A stretch of DNA of 64,000 bases, from positions 3,104 through 67,103 of the forward strand of contig JBIQLB010000020.1 of assembly GCA_044464665.1 (NCBI GenBank), written 5' to 3'. The stretch comes from Nocardioides sp. (GTDB taxonomy: Bacteria; Actinomycetota; Actinomycetes; Propionibacteriales; Nocardioidaceae). The notes under the pieces are model-generated. The model saw only the letters and a program-made list of their open reading frames with translations. It had not been told where the DNA came from and searched no databases. Shown here in pieces: positions 8,190 to 18,432 of this stretch (positions are counted from its first letter, which is position 1; every line of letters begins with the position of its first letter). A program made the position numbers and the translations under genes.

Positions 8190-8218
8190 ATCGTACGGCC
8201 GGCCACGAATCGTCCACA
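8190..8218 (-). promoter_or_regulatory. Candidate leaderless dinB promoter
   Basis: Minus strand reads TGTGGA(8218-8213)-N17-TACGAT(8195-8190)-gcgcga-ATG(8183). The -35 position coincides with one of the TGTGGA boxes. Confidence 0.4.
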
Positions 8219-8246
8219 GGCACGCCGTGGCAGGGCTTCTCCACAG
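8212..8246. promoter_or_regulatory. Two DnaA-box-like motifs in the dinB/DUF4192 divergent region
   Basis: GTCCACAG 8212-8219 (as 9-mer TCGTCCACA) and CTCCACAG 8239-8246 (as 9-mer TTCTCCACA). Confidence 0.4.
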
Positions 8247-8296
8247 TTGTGCCCACGCCCGATGACGCGCCGGCCCGGGGCCGACACGCTCGGCAC

Positions 8297-9307
8297 ATGC
8301 AGCCTTTCATCGTCCGCGGTCCTCTCGATCTCGTCGTGCTGGCGCCCCACGTGCTGGGGTTCCGGCCCGAGGAGTCGGTGGTGCTGCTCAGCCTGGGTCC
8401 GGGTCCCGGCTTCCATGCCCGGGTGGACCTGCCGTCCACGCCGGCCGAGAGCGAGGAGCTGGCCGAGCTTCTGGTGAGCGTCACCCACGAGCGGGGCGTC
8501 GAGGCGGTGGCACTGCTCCTGTTCACTGCCGACGCGGGGCGGGCGGCCGCGCTCGCCGAGGTGGTGACCGACGCCCTGCGCGGTGCCGGCGTGGAGGTCG
8601 TCGACCGGCTGCGGGTGCATGCCGAGCGGTTCCACCGCCTGGACGTGCCGGACGACCCCGGGACGCCGTACGACCTGGCCAGCCATCCGCTCACCGTGCG
8701 CCGGGTCTTCGCCGGGCTCCGGGTGCACGGCAGCCGCGAGGAGCTGGCCGCCACGCTCCGTCCGGGACCGCACGACGACGTCGTGGCGGTGGAGCGCCAT
8801 GCCCACCTGGTCGCCCGGCGGCTGGCCTTCGCCGGATCGCGCCCGGGCGGGCAGGCCGCCGAGCATCGCCGGCAGGCGCGCTGGGTGCGTCGCCGGGTGC
8901 GCCGGTGGTGCGAGGAGCACGAGCCGCTCTCCGACGAGGACGTGGGGCGGATCGCCGCCCTGATGGCCATCGCCCCCGTGCGCGATGTGGCCTGGGTCGA
9001 CCTGGACCGGGTCCGGGCGGCCGATCTGCTGGAGCTCTGGTGCGACCTGCTGCGGCGGACCCCGGACGCCCTGGTGCCGGGTGTGGCGGCGGTGACCGCG
9101 TTCGTGGCCTGGCTCACCGGCGACGGCGCGGTGGCCTGGTGCGCCCTGGAGCGGTGCGCGGAGGTCACCGGGGGGGCCGAGCCCGACATCGTGCTGGTCG
9201 GGCTGGTGACCCGGCTGCTGGCCGAGGCGGTGTCGCCCGACGCCTGGACGCCGATGCTCAGCAGCGCCCTGCCGGTGCTCCGCGCGGAGCCGGAGAGGGA
9301 GGACTGA
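8297..9307 (+). CDS. DUF4192-family protein (actinobacterial, unknown function)
   Basis: Trimmed to ATG 8297 (MQPFIVRGPLDLVVLAPHVLGFRPEESVVLL), the N-terminal pattern I recall for DUF4192. Typical neighbourhood near sigma-factor genes. Confidence 0.7.
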   Translation: MQPFIVRGPLDLVVLAPHVLGFRPEESVVLLSLGPGPGFHARVDLPSTPAESEELAELLVSVTHERGVEAVALLLFTADAGRAAALAEVVTDALRGAGVEVVDRLRVHAERFHRLDVPDDPGTPYDLASHPLTVRRVFAGLRVHGSREELAATLRPGPHDDVVAVERHAHLVARRLAFAGSRPGGQAAEHRRQARWVRRRVRRWCEEHEPLSDEDVGRIAALMAIAPVRDVAWVDLDRVRAADLLELWCDLLRRTPDALVPGVAAVTAFVAWLTGDGAVAWCALERCAEVTGGAEPDIVLVGLVTRLLAEAVSPDAWTPMLSSALPVLRAEPERED

Positions 9308-9357
9308 TGGCACGCGGACCGCCGCCGACGGCCCTGTCACCGTGGTCGCCCATGCCC

Positions 9358-9363
9358 TAGGTT
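9358..9363 (+). promoter_or_regulatory. -10 hexamer 6 nt before the start codon (leaderless promoter candidate)
   Basis: TAGGTT-gcagcc-ATG(9370). Confidence 0.45.
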
Positions 9364-9369
9364 GCAGCC

Positions 9370-10836
9370 ATGGGACGTGACGTCGAGGACCAGGAGTTCT
9401 CCCGCGCCGACCGGACCCGGCACCGGGAGAAGGTGCGTCGCTGTCTCGACGTCTTCGAGCAGATGCTGCGCCAGTCGCACTTCGAGGCCGAGGACCCGAT
9501 GACCGGCCTGGAGATCGAGTTCAACCTGGTCGACCACGACGGACATCCCGCGCTGAAGAACGCCGAGGCGCTGGCGGCGATCGCGGACCCGGCGTTCCAG
9601 ACCGAGCTGGGCCAGTGGAACCTCGAGATCAACGTCGCGCCGCGCCGGCTCGGCGACGGCGGCGCCCGCCGGTTCGAGGAGGACCTGCGCGCCAGCCTCA
9701 ACCGGGCCGAGGAGCGGGCCGCCGAGGTGGGCGCGCACCTGGTGATGATCGGGATCCTGCCGACCCTGGAGGCCGGTCACCTGGCGCCGTCGACGATCAG
9801 CCCCAACCCGCGCTACCAGCTGCTCAGCGACCAGATCCTGCGGGTGCGCGGCGAGGACATCGTCATCGACATCACCGGGGCCGAGCGGCTGGAGACCACG
9901 GCGGACTCGATCATGCCCGAGGCGGCATGCACCAGCACCCAGCTGCACATCCAGGTCAGCCCCGAGGAGTTCGCGGCCTACTGGAACGCCTCGCAGGCGA
10001 TCGCGGCGATCCAGCTGGCGACCAGCGCCAACTCGCCGTACCTGCTGGGCCACGACCTGTGGGCCGAGACGCGGATCCCCCTCTTCGAGCAGGCGACCGA
10101 CACCCGCAGCGAGGAGCTCAAGGTCCAGGGCGTCCGTCCGCGGGTGTGGTTCGGCGAGCGCTGGATCACCTCGATCTTCGACCTCTTCGAGGAGAACGTC
10201 CGCTACTTCCCGGCGCTGCTGCCGATCACCGAGGAGGAGGACCCGGTCGAGGTGCTGGAGGCCGGCGGCACCCCGGGGCTCGACGAGCTGCGGCTGCACA
10301 ACGGCACGATCTACCGCTGGAACCGTCCGGTCTACGACGTCGCGGACGGCACGCCGCACCTGCGCGTGGAGAATCGCGTCCTGGCCGCCGGGCCGACCGT
10401 GGTGGACACCCTGGCCAACGCCGCCTTCTACTTCGGCCTGACCCGGGCACTGGCCGAGAGCGAGCGGCCGCTGTGGACCCAGATGTCGTTCTCGGCGGCC
10501 GAGGAGAACTTCCACCTGGCGGCGCGCGACGGCATCGAGGCGACGGTGTACTGGCCCGGCCTCGGTCAGGTGCCGGCCGCCGAGCTGGCGCTGCGCCGGC
10601 TGCTTCCCCTAGCCCGCGAGGGCCTGGACCGGTGGGGCGTGACCGGCGAGGAGAGCGACCGGCTGCTCGGGGTGATCGAGGAGAGGTGCCGGACCGGCCG
10701 CAACGGCGCCACCTGGTACCGCGCCCAGGTCCGGGAGCGCGAGGACGCGGGGGAGAGCCGGGCCGACGCACTGCGCCACACGCTGATGGAGTACGTCGAG
10801 CGGATGCACAGCAACGAGCCCGTGCACACCTGGTAG
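9370..10836 (+). CDS. Glutamate--cysteine ligase family 2 (GCS2) / carboxylate-amine ligase
   Basis: GLEIEFNLVD...QWNLEINVAP...CTSTQLHIQV, characteristic of GCS2. 488 aa. Confidence 0.8.
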   Translation: MGRDVEDQEFSRADRTRHREKVRRCLDVFEQMLRQSHFEAEDPMTGLEIEFNLVDHDGHPALKNAEALAAIADPAFQTELGQWNLEINVAPRRLGDGGARRFEEDLRASLNRAEERAAEVGAHLVMIGILPTLEAGHLAPSTISPNPRYQLLSDQILRVRGEDIVIDITGAERLETTADSIMPEAACTSTQLHIQVSPEEFAAYWNASQAIAAIQLATSANSPYLLGHDLWAETRIPLFEQATDTRSEELKVQGVRPRVWFGERWITSIFDLFEENVRYFPALLPITEEEDPVEVLEAGGTPGLDELRLHNGTIYRWNRPVYDVADGTPHLRVENRVLAAGPTVVDTLANAAFYFGLTRALAESERPLWTQMSFSAAEENFHLAARDGIEATVYWPGLGQVPAAELALRRLLPLAREGLDRWGVTGEESDRLLGVIEERCRTGRNGATWYRAQVREREDAGESRADALRHTLMEYVERMHSNEPVHTW

Positions 10837-11298
10837 TCAGCGCCGGCGGAACCTCGCCCACCGGACCGACTCCTCGGTGCTCAGGTTGATCCAGCCGTGC
10901 CGGGTGATGACGAAGAAGCCCGGCCACTCGCAGCCGTGCCGGCCGAAGGCGGCGTACGCCGCCGCGAGCCACTGCAGGTCGGGATCGGTGGCGTGCAGCC
11001 CGCCGCTGCGGGTCACCCACGGGCAGGCCTCGGCCCGTGCCCGCGCACTCAGCCTGCTCAGCGCGCGGTCGGCCAGGTCGCCGCGCAGCGAGGCGTCCGT
11101 GCCCAGGGCATGCGGCACCGCGACCTGCTCCAGGTCGGGTCGTCCTCCGGGGATGCCGACGTGGAACACCACCGGCAGGCTCCGCCGCGTCCCGGCCTCG
11201 TCCACGAAGGCGCACAGGGCGGCCCGCAGCCGCCCGGCCAGCGGCAGGGTCTCGGACTCCACGGGATCGGGCTCGGAGGCGGCGTCGCTGGTGCTCAT
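10837..11298 (-). CDS. Hypothetical protein (153 aa)
   Basis: GC3-rich ORF with ordinary composition. It fills the gap between recognisable genes. Its stop abuts the GCS2 stop with no spacer. I recognise no motif. Confidence 0.5.
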   Translation of the reverse strand: MSTSDAASEPDPVESETLPLAGRLRAALCAFVDEAGTRRSLPVVFHVGIPGGRPDLEQVAVPHALGTDASLRGDLADRALSRLSARARAEACPWVTRSGGLHATDPDLQWLAAAYAAFGRHGCEWPGFFVITRHGWINLSTEESVRWARFRRR

Positions 11299-11339
11299 GG
11301 GCCCACCCTGGCGCAGCAGGGCCGTCGCCCGCGGCCGTC

Positions 11340-11347
11340 GTCCACAG
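11340..11347. promoter_or_regulatory. DnaA-box-like motif in a divergent promoter region
   Basis: CGTCCACAGG at 11339-11348 is identical to the 10-mer at 8211-8220. Confidence 0.35.
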
Positions 11348-11411
11348 GGCGCGGGCTCCCCGTCCGGATCGCCGGTCGCCCTGCCCTCTGCCGGCGCCGG
11401 GGCGGGCGTGC

Positions 11412-11417
11412 GACGAT
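11412..11417 (+). promoter_or_regulatory. -10-like hexamer 6 nt before the start codon
   Basis: GACGAT-gccgcc-ATG(11424). Confidence 0.3.
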
Positions 11418-11423
11418 GCCGCC

Positions 11424-11984
11424 ATGGGCTTCCAGATCGCAGGTGAACCAGAGGCCGACCGCGTCCTCGATGAGTACCCGTTCGCGGTCGTCGTCGGGAT
11501 GATGCTCGACCAGCAGTACGGCATGGAGCACGCCTTCCGCGGAGGCTGGAAGGTGCTGAGCAGGTTCGGCAACCTCGACCCCGCGGCGATCGCGTCGGCG
11601 GAGCCGGAGGCGTTCAAGGAGCTGTGCAGCCAGCCGCCGGCGATCCACCGGTTCCCGGGCTCGATGGCCGGGCGGCTGCAGGAGCTGGCGGCGCTGGTGG
11701 AGTCGGAGTACGCCGGTGACGTGACTCGGCTGTGGACCGAGGCGGGCACCGGTCAGGAGCTGTTCAGGCGGGTCCAGGCGCTGCCCGGATTCGGCAAGCA
11801 GAAGGCGCAGATCTTCGTCGCGCTGCTGGCCAAGCAGCTCGGCGTACGGCCCGAGGGCTGGGAGGCCGTGGCCGGCGACTACGCGCTGGAGGGCTACCGC
11901 TCGGTGGCCGACGTCGTCGACCCCGACTCGCTGCAGAAGGTCCGCGACTACAAGAAGCAGAAGAAGGCCGCGGCCAAGGCCTGA
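11424..11984 (+). CDS. HhH-GPD-type base-excision DNA repair protein
   Basis: Track ORF trimmed to ATG 11424 (MGFQIAGEPEADRVLDEYPFAVVVGMMLDQQ). Has LPGFGKQKAQIF (helix-hairpin-helix) and a Lys-rich C-terminal tail. Confidence 0.75.
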   Translation: MGFQIAGEPEADRVLDEYPFAVVVGMMLDQQYGMEHAFRGGWKVLSRFGNLDPAAIASAEPEAFKELCSQPPAIHRFPGSMAGRLQELAALVESEYAGDVTRLWTEAGTGQELFRRVQALPGFGKQKAQIFVALLAKQLGVRPEGWEAVAGDYALEGYRSVADVVDPDSLQKVRDYKKQKKAAAKA

Positions 11985-12115
11985 GGCCGGCGCGCGCGCC
12001 GTCGGGGGTCGATCCGCTCTCCTCAGGCGAGCCGTGTCAGAATGTCCGAGCGGCTGTTGACAGGTACGGGCTTTGCCGCGCCCCGAAGCGCTTACGTTCA
12101 TGCGAGAGGTAGTTC

Positions 12116-13444
<1,329 letters not shown>

Positions 13445-13453
13445 GGACGAGAC

Positions 13454-13663
13454 GTGCGGCGCATCAAGCTCAGGGGCCTCGCCCTGGCGATCTGGTGCGT
13501 CGGCGTAGTCGTCCTGGTGGCCGCGCTCGTCTCGCTGGTCGCGGACGTGGTCGCCTCCGACTCTCCCGCCTGGCGGTCGCTGGCACTCCTGGGTTGGGCG
13601 GTCGCGCTCAACCTTCTGGCGCCGCACTTCCAGCGTTCTGACGCGCCTGCGCCGCGATCGTGA
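13454..13663 (+). CDS. Possible small two-TM membrane protein (69 aa)
   Basis: GTG start 10 nt after the rpoD stop. Hydrophobic segments LALAIWCVGVVVLVAALVSLV and LALLGWAVALNLL. No recognisable family. Confidence 0.35.
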   Translation: MRRIKLRGLALAIWCVGVVVLVAALVSLVADVVASDSPAWRSLALLGWAVALNLLAPHFQRSDAPAPRS

Positions 13664-13720
13664 GTCGGGTGCCGTCGCACCGGGCCCTGGCAGCGGTCAG
13701 CCCGAGAGACGACTAGAGCC

Positions 13721-14920
13721 ATGGGGCACTCGCACTCGCACGGGGCGCCGGCGGCGCCGCGGTTGGTGAGGGGGCTGGCGGCGGCGATCGCGGTGATCGC
13801 GGTGGCGACGATCGCGGGGATGGTTGCGCTGTGGCCGGACTCCGGGGACGTGCCGCACGCCCCGAGCCCGTACGCCGGCAAGGGCGTGACCGTGGTCGAC
13901 GGCGTGGTGAGCACCGTCACGGCGTTCGACTGCGGGGCGGATGGCACCGGGCCGGACAACACCCCGGCGGTGGCCGGCGACTGCGCCCGGGTGACCGCGC
14001 GGACCGACGACGGCACGGCGGAGTTCGTGCTGGACCCGACCCGCTATCTCGGCGCGCGGCCCGAGGCGGGGGATCGGGTGCGGCTGATCCGGACCGAGTC
14101 GGGCGGCGGGGCGACGTACCAGTTCCTCGACTTCCGCCGGGGCCTGCCGATGGCCCTGCTGGCCGGCATCTTCGCGGTGACGGTCGCCCTGATCGGCCGT
14201 TGGCGCGGCGTGCTCGCGATCGCCGGTGTGGCGGTCACGCTGCTGGCGCTCGGGCGCTTCGTGCTGCCGGCGCTGCTGGCGGGAGAGCCCGCGCTGCCCG
14301 TCGCGGTGGTGGGCTCGACGGCGATCATGCTGGTGGTGCTCTACCTGGCCCACGGCGTCTCGGTGCGTACGACGGCCGCGCTGTTCGGTACCCTCTTCGG
14401 CATCGGCTTCACCGCGCTGGCGGGCCTGCTCGCCACGGACTGGACGAGCCTGACCGGCATCGGCTCCGAGGACGACCGGCTGCTCATCGCCATCGCCCCG
14501 AACGTCAGCCTGACCGGCGTGGTGGCGGCCAGCATGGTGATCGCCGGGCTGGGTGTGCTCAACGACGTCACCGTCACCCAGGCCAGCGCCGTCTGGGAGC
14601 TGCGCGCCCTCGACCCGAGCACCGGCCGCCGGGCGCTCTTCGGCTCGGCGATGCGGATCGGGCGCGATCACATCGCCTCCAGCGTCTACACCCTGGTCTT
14701 CGCGTACGCCGGATCGGCGATGACGATCATGCTGCTGATCTCGGCCTACCAGCTCGGGTTCCGGGAGGTGATCACCAGCGAGCAGATCGCCCCGGAGATC
14801 GTCCGGACGCTGGTGGGTGTGATCGGCCTCGTGCTCGCCGTCCCCGCCACGACGCTGGTGGCGGTCTGGCTGGCGCCTGGTCCGGGCAGAACGGCCCGGC
14901 GGGGAGCGCACGCGGCCTAG
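13721..14920 (+). CDS. YibE/F-family integral membrane protein
   Basis: His-rich N-terminus MGHSHSHG, one TM helix, a soluble loop, then about 6 TM helices. Overall YibE/F-like layout. Confidence 0.7.
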   Translation: MGHSHSHGAPAAPRLVRGLAAAIAVIAVATIAGMVALWPDSGDVPHAPSPYAGKGVTVVDGVVSTVTAFDCGADGTGPDNTPAVAGDCARVTARTDDGTAEFVLDPTRYLGARPEAGDRVRLIRTESGGGATYQFLDFRRGLPMALLAGIFAVTVALIGRWRGVLAIAGVAVTLLALGRFVLPALLAGEPALPVAVVGSTAIMLVVLYLAHGVSVRTTAALFGTLFGIGFTALAGLLATDWTSLTGIGSEDDRLLIAIAPNVSLTGVVAASMVIAGLGVLNDVTVTQASAVWELRALDPSTGRRALFGSAMRIGRDHIASSVYTLVFAYAGSAMTIMLLISAYQLGFREVITSEQIAPEIVRTLVGVIGLVLAVPATTLVAVWLAPGPGRTARRGAHAA

Positions 14921-14921
14921 C

Positions 14922-15398
14922 TCAGGTGGCGACCACGCCGCCGACCCAGACCAGGGTGGCCAGGACGGCGAAGAAGAGCTCGACCAGGATGCCCAGGCCG
15001 ACCGCCTTGAGCGCCTGGACGGTGGTGGGCAAGGCCTCGGCCGCAGAGGTGCGCCGCCACTCGCCGGCGTACACCCCCAGCACGAACCCGATGACCAGGC
15101 CGATGACCGGGATCACGAAGAAGCCGACGATCGCCAGGAGCGTGGCGAAGACGAGCGTGGAGCGCGGGACGCCGCTGAGCTGCAGCCGCCGGCCGGGAAC
15201 GAGGTACTTCACCACCGTGCCGACGCCGACGAGCGCGGCGGCCGCCACCAGCACCAGCCAGGCGGTCGTGCCGCCCTGCTCGGTGGCCCACAGCGCGATG
15301 GCCACGAGCACCAGGATGCTGCCGGGCAGCACGGGCACCACGATGCCGACCAGCCCCACGGCGATCAGCAGCGCGGCGACGATCTCGACTCCGGACAC
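14922..15398 (-). CDS. DUF456-family membrane protein
   Basis: 158 aa, four hydrophobic helices, VPVLPGSILV motif typical of DUF456. Confidence 0.7.
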   Translation of the reverse strand: MSGVEIVAALLIAVGLVGIVVPVLPGSILVLVAIALWATEQGGTTAWLVLVAAAALVGVGTVVKYLVPGRRLQLSGVPRSTLVFATLLAIVGFFVIPVIGLVIGFVLGVYAGEWRRTSAAEALPTTVQALKAVGLGILVELFFAVLATLVWVGGVVAT

Positions 15399-15445
15399 GC
15401 TCCACCTCCGGGTCAGAGTCTCCCAGTCCGGTCAGGGAGAACGCA

Positions 15446-15477
15446 GGAGCCCCGGGCCGCAGGCGGCCCGGGGCTCC
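15446..15477 (-). terminator. Strong hairpin downstream of the small CxxC protein gene
   Basis: GGAGCCCCGGGCCG-cagg-CGGCCCGGGGCTCC (14-bp perfect stem, 4-nt loop). Confidence 0.6.
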
Positions 15478-15492
15478 TCGACGCGTCTGGGG

Positions 15493-15714
15493 TCAGCCCT
15501 CGCTGCCGGGCGTGTCGGCGAGCTTGTCGGTCTCGTCGTGGACGTAGGTCGCGATCTCGCGGAGCTTCTCGCCATGCTCCCGGGCGTGGTGGGCGCAGAA
15601 CAGAAGCTCGCCACCACCCTGGAGGGATACGCGCAGGTAGGCCTGGGCCCCGCAGCGGTCGCAGCGGTCGACCGCGGTCAGCGGGGCCGCGCTGGGTGCT
15701 GTCGCAGTGGTCAC
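15493..15714 (-). CDS. Small conserved actinobacterial Cys/His protein (DUF7455-like, zinc-ribbon-like)
   Basis: GTG 15714 preceded by GGAAGAGAGGC. VTTATAPSAAPLTAVDRCDRCGAQAYLRV...LLFCAHHAREH. Sits divergent from the topoisomerase B-subunit gene. Confidence 0.65.
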   Translation of the reverse strand: MTTATAPSAAPLTAVDRCDRCGAQAYLRVSLQGGGELLFCAHHAREHGEKLREIATYVHDETDKLADTPGSEG

Positions 15715-15814
15715 GATTGCCTCTCTTCCTGTGCTTCGCTCAGCCGGCGCTCGGTCTGGCGGGCGTCGTACTGACCTCAACATCCAATCACGCCGGATCC
15801 TTCCCGCCATGAGG

Positions 15815-15823
15815 CTGTCCACA
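15815..15823. promoter_or_regulatory. DnaA-box-like 9-mer between the DUF7455-like gene and parE
   Basis: CTGTCCACA matches 8 of 9 positions of the actinobacterial DnaA-box consensus TTGTCCACA (recalled). Confidence 0.3.
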
Positions 15824-15838
15824 TGACCGATCGGATCC

Positions 15839-18046
15839 GTGATGACGAGTGTTGCTCACCACACAAGGCGATATCGGCAGCGACGGCCCGGCGTTTCGGT
15901 TTTTTGGCCGATCCGTGACCTGAAAAGATGGCTCGGTAGACCACCGACGGCCCGCCCGGGCCGTGCGCAGCACGAGGAACGAGTCATCGACAACACGTAC
16001 AACGCTGGACACCTGCTGGTCCTGGAGGGGCTCGAGGCGGTCCGCAAGCGACCGGGGATGTACATCGGCTCCACCGACACGCGCGGGCTGATGCACTGCC
16101 TGTGGGAGATCATCGACAACGGCGTCGACGAGGCGCTGGCCGGCGCGGCCAGCAAGGTCGAGATCGTGCTGCACGCCGACGGCTCCGCGGAGGTCCACGA
16201 CGACGGCCGCGGCATCCCGACCGACAAGGAGCCCAAGACCGGGCTCACCGGCGTCGAGGTGGTCGCCACCAAGCTGCACGCGGGCGGCAAGTTCGGGGGC
16301 GGCTCGTACGTCGCCACGGGTGGCCTGCACGGGGTCGGCCTCTCCGTGGTCAACGCGCTCTCGGCGCGGATGGACATCGACGTGGAGCGCTCGCCGGCCG
16401 TCCAGGGGATGAGCTTCCAGCGCGGCGCACCCGGCGTGTTCTCCGGGGAGGGGCCGGAGAGCGCCTTCGCGCCCGGATCGGGGCTCTCGCGCAAGGGCAA
16501 GCGGGTCGCGAAGGGCACCACGGGGACCCGGATCCGCTTCTGGCCGGACCGGCAGATCTTCACCAAGGACGCGCGGTTCGAGCTGGACGGGCTGATCGGC
16601 CGCGCCCGGCACACCTCGTTCATCGTGCCCGGCCTGGAGCTGGAGATCCGCGACGAGCGCGGGCCCGAGCCGGTGGTCGAGCGGTTCAAGCACAGCGGGG
16701 GCATCTCGGAGTTCGCCGAGTTCCTGTCCTCGGGCGAGCCGGTCACCGAGGTGCTGCGGCTGCGGGGCTCGGACACGTTCACCGAGACCGTGCCGCTGCT
16801 GGATGACAAAGGTCACATGACCCCGCAGGACGTCGAGCGCGAGCTGGCCGTCGATGTGGCGGTCCGGTGGAGCGACACCTACGACACCGAGGTCCGCTCC
16901 TACGTCAACGTGATCGCCACGCCCAAGGGCGGCACCCACGTCTCCGGCTTCGAGGCGGCGCTGACCAAGACCTTCAACGAGGCGATGCGCGGCGCTCGGG
17001 TGCTGAAGGTCAACGACGCCGACGTGGTCAAGGACGACGTCCTCGAGGGGATGACCGCGATCGTGACGGTGCGGCTGGCCGAGCCGCAGTTCGAGGGGCA
17101 GACCAAGGAGGTCCTCGGCACGCCCGCGGCACGCTCGGTGGTGCGCAAGGTGGTCACCGCGGAGCTGAAGAGGTTCCTCACCTCCAGCAAGCGCACCGAG
17201 AAGGCCCAGGCCAAGCTGGTGATGGAGAAGGTCGCCGGCGCGGCCAAGACCCGCATCGTCGCCCGCCAGCACCGCGACACCCAGCGCCGCAAGAACGCGC
17301 TGGAGTCCTCCGCGCTGCCGGCCAAGCTCAACGACTGCCGGACCAGCGACGTGGAGCGCTCGGAGCTGTTCATCGTCGAGGGTGACTCAGCGATGGGCAC
17401 GGCCAAGGCCGCCCGCAACTCCGAGTTCCAGGCGCTGCTGCCGATCCGCGGCAAGATCCTCAACGTGCAGCGGGCCGGCGTGGCCGACGTGCTCAAGAAC
17501 GCCGAGTGCGCCTCGATCATCCAGGTGATCGGGGCCGGGTCGGGGCGGACCTTCGACGTCGACGCCGCCCGCTACGGACGGATCATCTTCATGGCCGACG
17601 CCGACTCCGACGGCGCGCACATCCGCTGCCTGCTGGCGACGCTGTTCTTCAAGTACATGCCCGAGCTGGTCGAGCGGGGCCGGGTCTTCACCGCCGTGCC
17701 GCCGCTGCACCGGATCGAGCTGACCAACCCCAAGAAGGGGATGGAGAAGTACGTCTACACCTATTCCGACCCCGAGCTGCAGCGCAAGCTGGCCGAGCTG
17801 ACCAAGAAGGGCCTGCGCTGGAAGGACCCGGTACAGCGCTACAAGGGCCTGGGCGAGATGGACGCCGACCAGCTGGCCGAGACCACCATGGACCCGCGCC
17901 ACCGCACCCTGCGCCGGATCACCGTCGACGACGCCGCCCGCGCCGCCGAGGTCTTCGAGCTGCTCATGGGCTCCGACGTCGCCCCCCGCAAGGACTTCAT
18001 CGTCGCCGGGGCGTACGAGGTGGACCAGGACACGATCGACGCCTGA
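15839..18046 (+). CDS. parE: Type IIA topoisomerase subunit B, most likely topoisomerase IV ParE (start uncertain)
   Basis: HLLVLEGLEAVRKRPGMYIGSTDTRGLMHCLWEIIDNGVDEAL, TOPRIM VEGDSAMGTAK, PIRGKILNV, and a C-terminal GLGEMDADQL. Not in a dnaA-gyrB-gyrA context. A partner A subunit lies at 29790..32261. The only canonical in-frame starts are GTG 15839 and ATG 15842. Confidence 0.85.
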   Translation: MMTSVAHHTRRYRQRRPGVSVFWPIRDLKRWLGRPPTARPGRAQHEERVIDNTYNAGHLLVLEGLEAVRKRPGMYIGSTDTRGLMHCLWEIIDNGVDEALAGAASKVEIVLHADGSAEVHDDGRGIPTDKEPKTGLTGVEVVATKLHAGGKFGGGSYVATGGLHGVGLSVVNALSARMDIDVERSPAVQGMSFQRGAPGVFSGEGPESAFAPGSGLSRKGKRVAKGTTGTRIRFWPDRQIFTKDARFELDGLIGRARHTSFIVPGLELEIRDERGPEPVVERFKHSGGISEFAEFLSSGEPVTEVLRLRGSDTFTETVPLLDDKGHMTPQDVERELAVDVAVRWSDTYDTEVRSYVNVIATPKGGTHVSGFEAALTKTFNEAMRGARVLKVNDADVVKDDVLEGMTAIVTVRLAEPQFEGQTKEVLGTPAARSVVRKVVTAELKRFLTSSKRTEKAQAKLVMEKVAGAAKTRIVARQHRDTQRRKNALESSALPAKLNDCRTSDVERSELFIVEGDSAMGTAKAARNSEFQALLPIRGKILNVQRAGVADVLKNAECASIIQVIGAGSGRTFDVDAARYGRIIFMADADSDGAHIRCLLATLFFKYMPELVERGRVFTAVPPLHRIELTNPKKGMEKYVYTYSDPELQRKLAELTKKGLRWKDPVQRYKGLGEMDADQLAETTMDPRHRTLRRITVDDAARAAEVFELLMGSDVAPRKDFIVAGAYEVDQDTIDA

Positions 18047-18426
18047 TGTCCGAGGAGGACGAGTACGCCAAGGACATGGTGCCGTTCTCCCCGGGTGAGC
18101 ACGACGTCCGCATCCCGCGCGGGGACTGGGTGTTCTACGTGCGCGCCGTACGACGCGGTTCCGCCGTGCGGGGCGGCGGCTCGGTGCTGCCCGGCGATCC
18201 GGTCGAGCTGCTGATGCTCCTCTCGCTGGGTGCCGTCTCGGCCTTCGTCGACCACCGACTGCGCTGGAAGGTGGCCGTCGTGCGCGGCCCCTCTCCGCGA
18301 TCTTGGAAGACCGACCGGCTCCGCATCCTGCACAAGGAGCTCCTGGCCGCCGGCGGGTCGCCGGAGCAGCGCGTCGAGGAGCTGGCCGACGAGGTCCGCG
18401 CCGGCCGGTTCGACTCCTCGGACTGA
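18046..18426 (+). CDS. Hypothetical protein (126 aa) translationally coupled to parE
   Basis: Its ATG overlaps the parE stop (TGATG at 18044-18048). MSEEDEYAKDMVPFSPGEHDVRIPRGDWVFYVRAV... with one central hydrophobic segment. Confidence 0.5.
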   Translation: MSEEDEYAKDMVPFSPGEHDVRIPRGDWVFYVRAVRRGSAVRGGGSVLPGDPVELLMLLSLGAVSAFVDHRLRWKVAVVRGPSPRSWKTDRLRILHKELLAAGGSPEQRVEELADEVRAGRFDSSD

Positions 18427-18432
18427 CCGGCC

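Noticed and set aside
6796-9189. 797-aa minus-strand ORF spanning dinB and the DUF4192 gene
   Set aside because: It is out of frame with or antisense to strongly recognisable genes. Its translation is Arg/Pro/Gly/Ala-rich low complexity, typical of shadow ORFs in very GC-rich DNA.
18390-18425. tRNA T-arm-like string GGTTCGACTCC
   Set aside because: The flanking bases do not form a T-stem or acceptor stem, and the string lies inside a coding frame (..AGRFDSSD*). No tRNA is called anywhere in the window.
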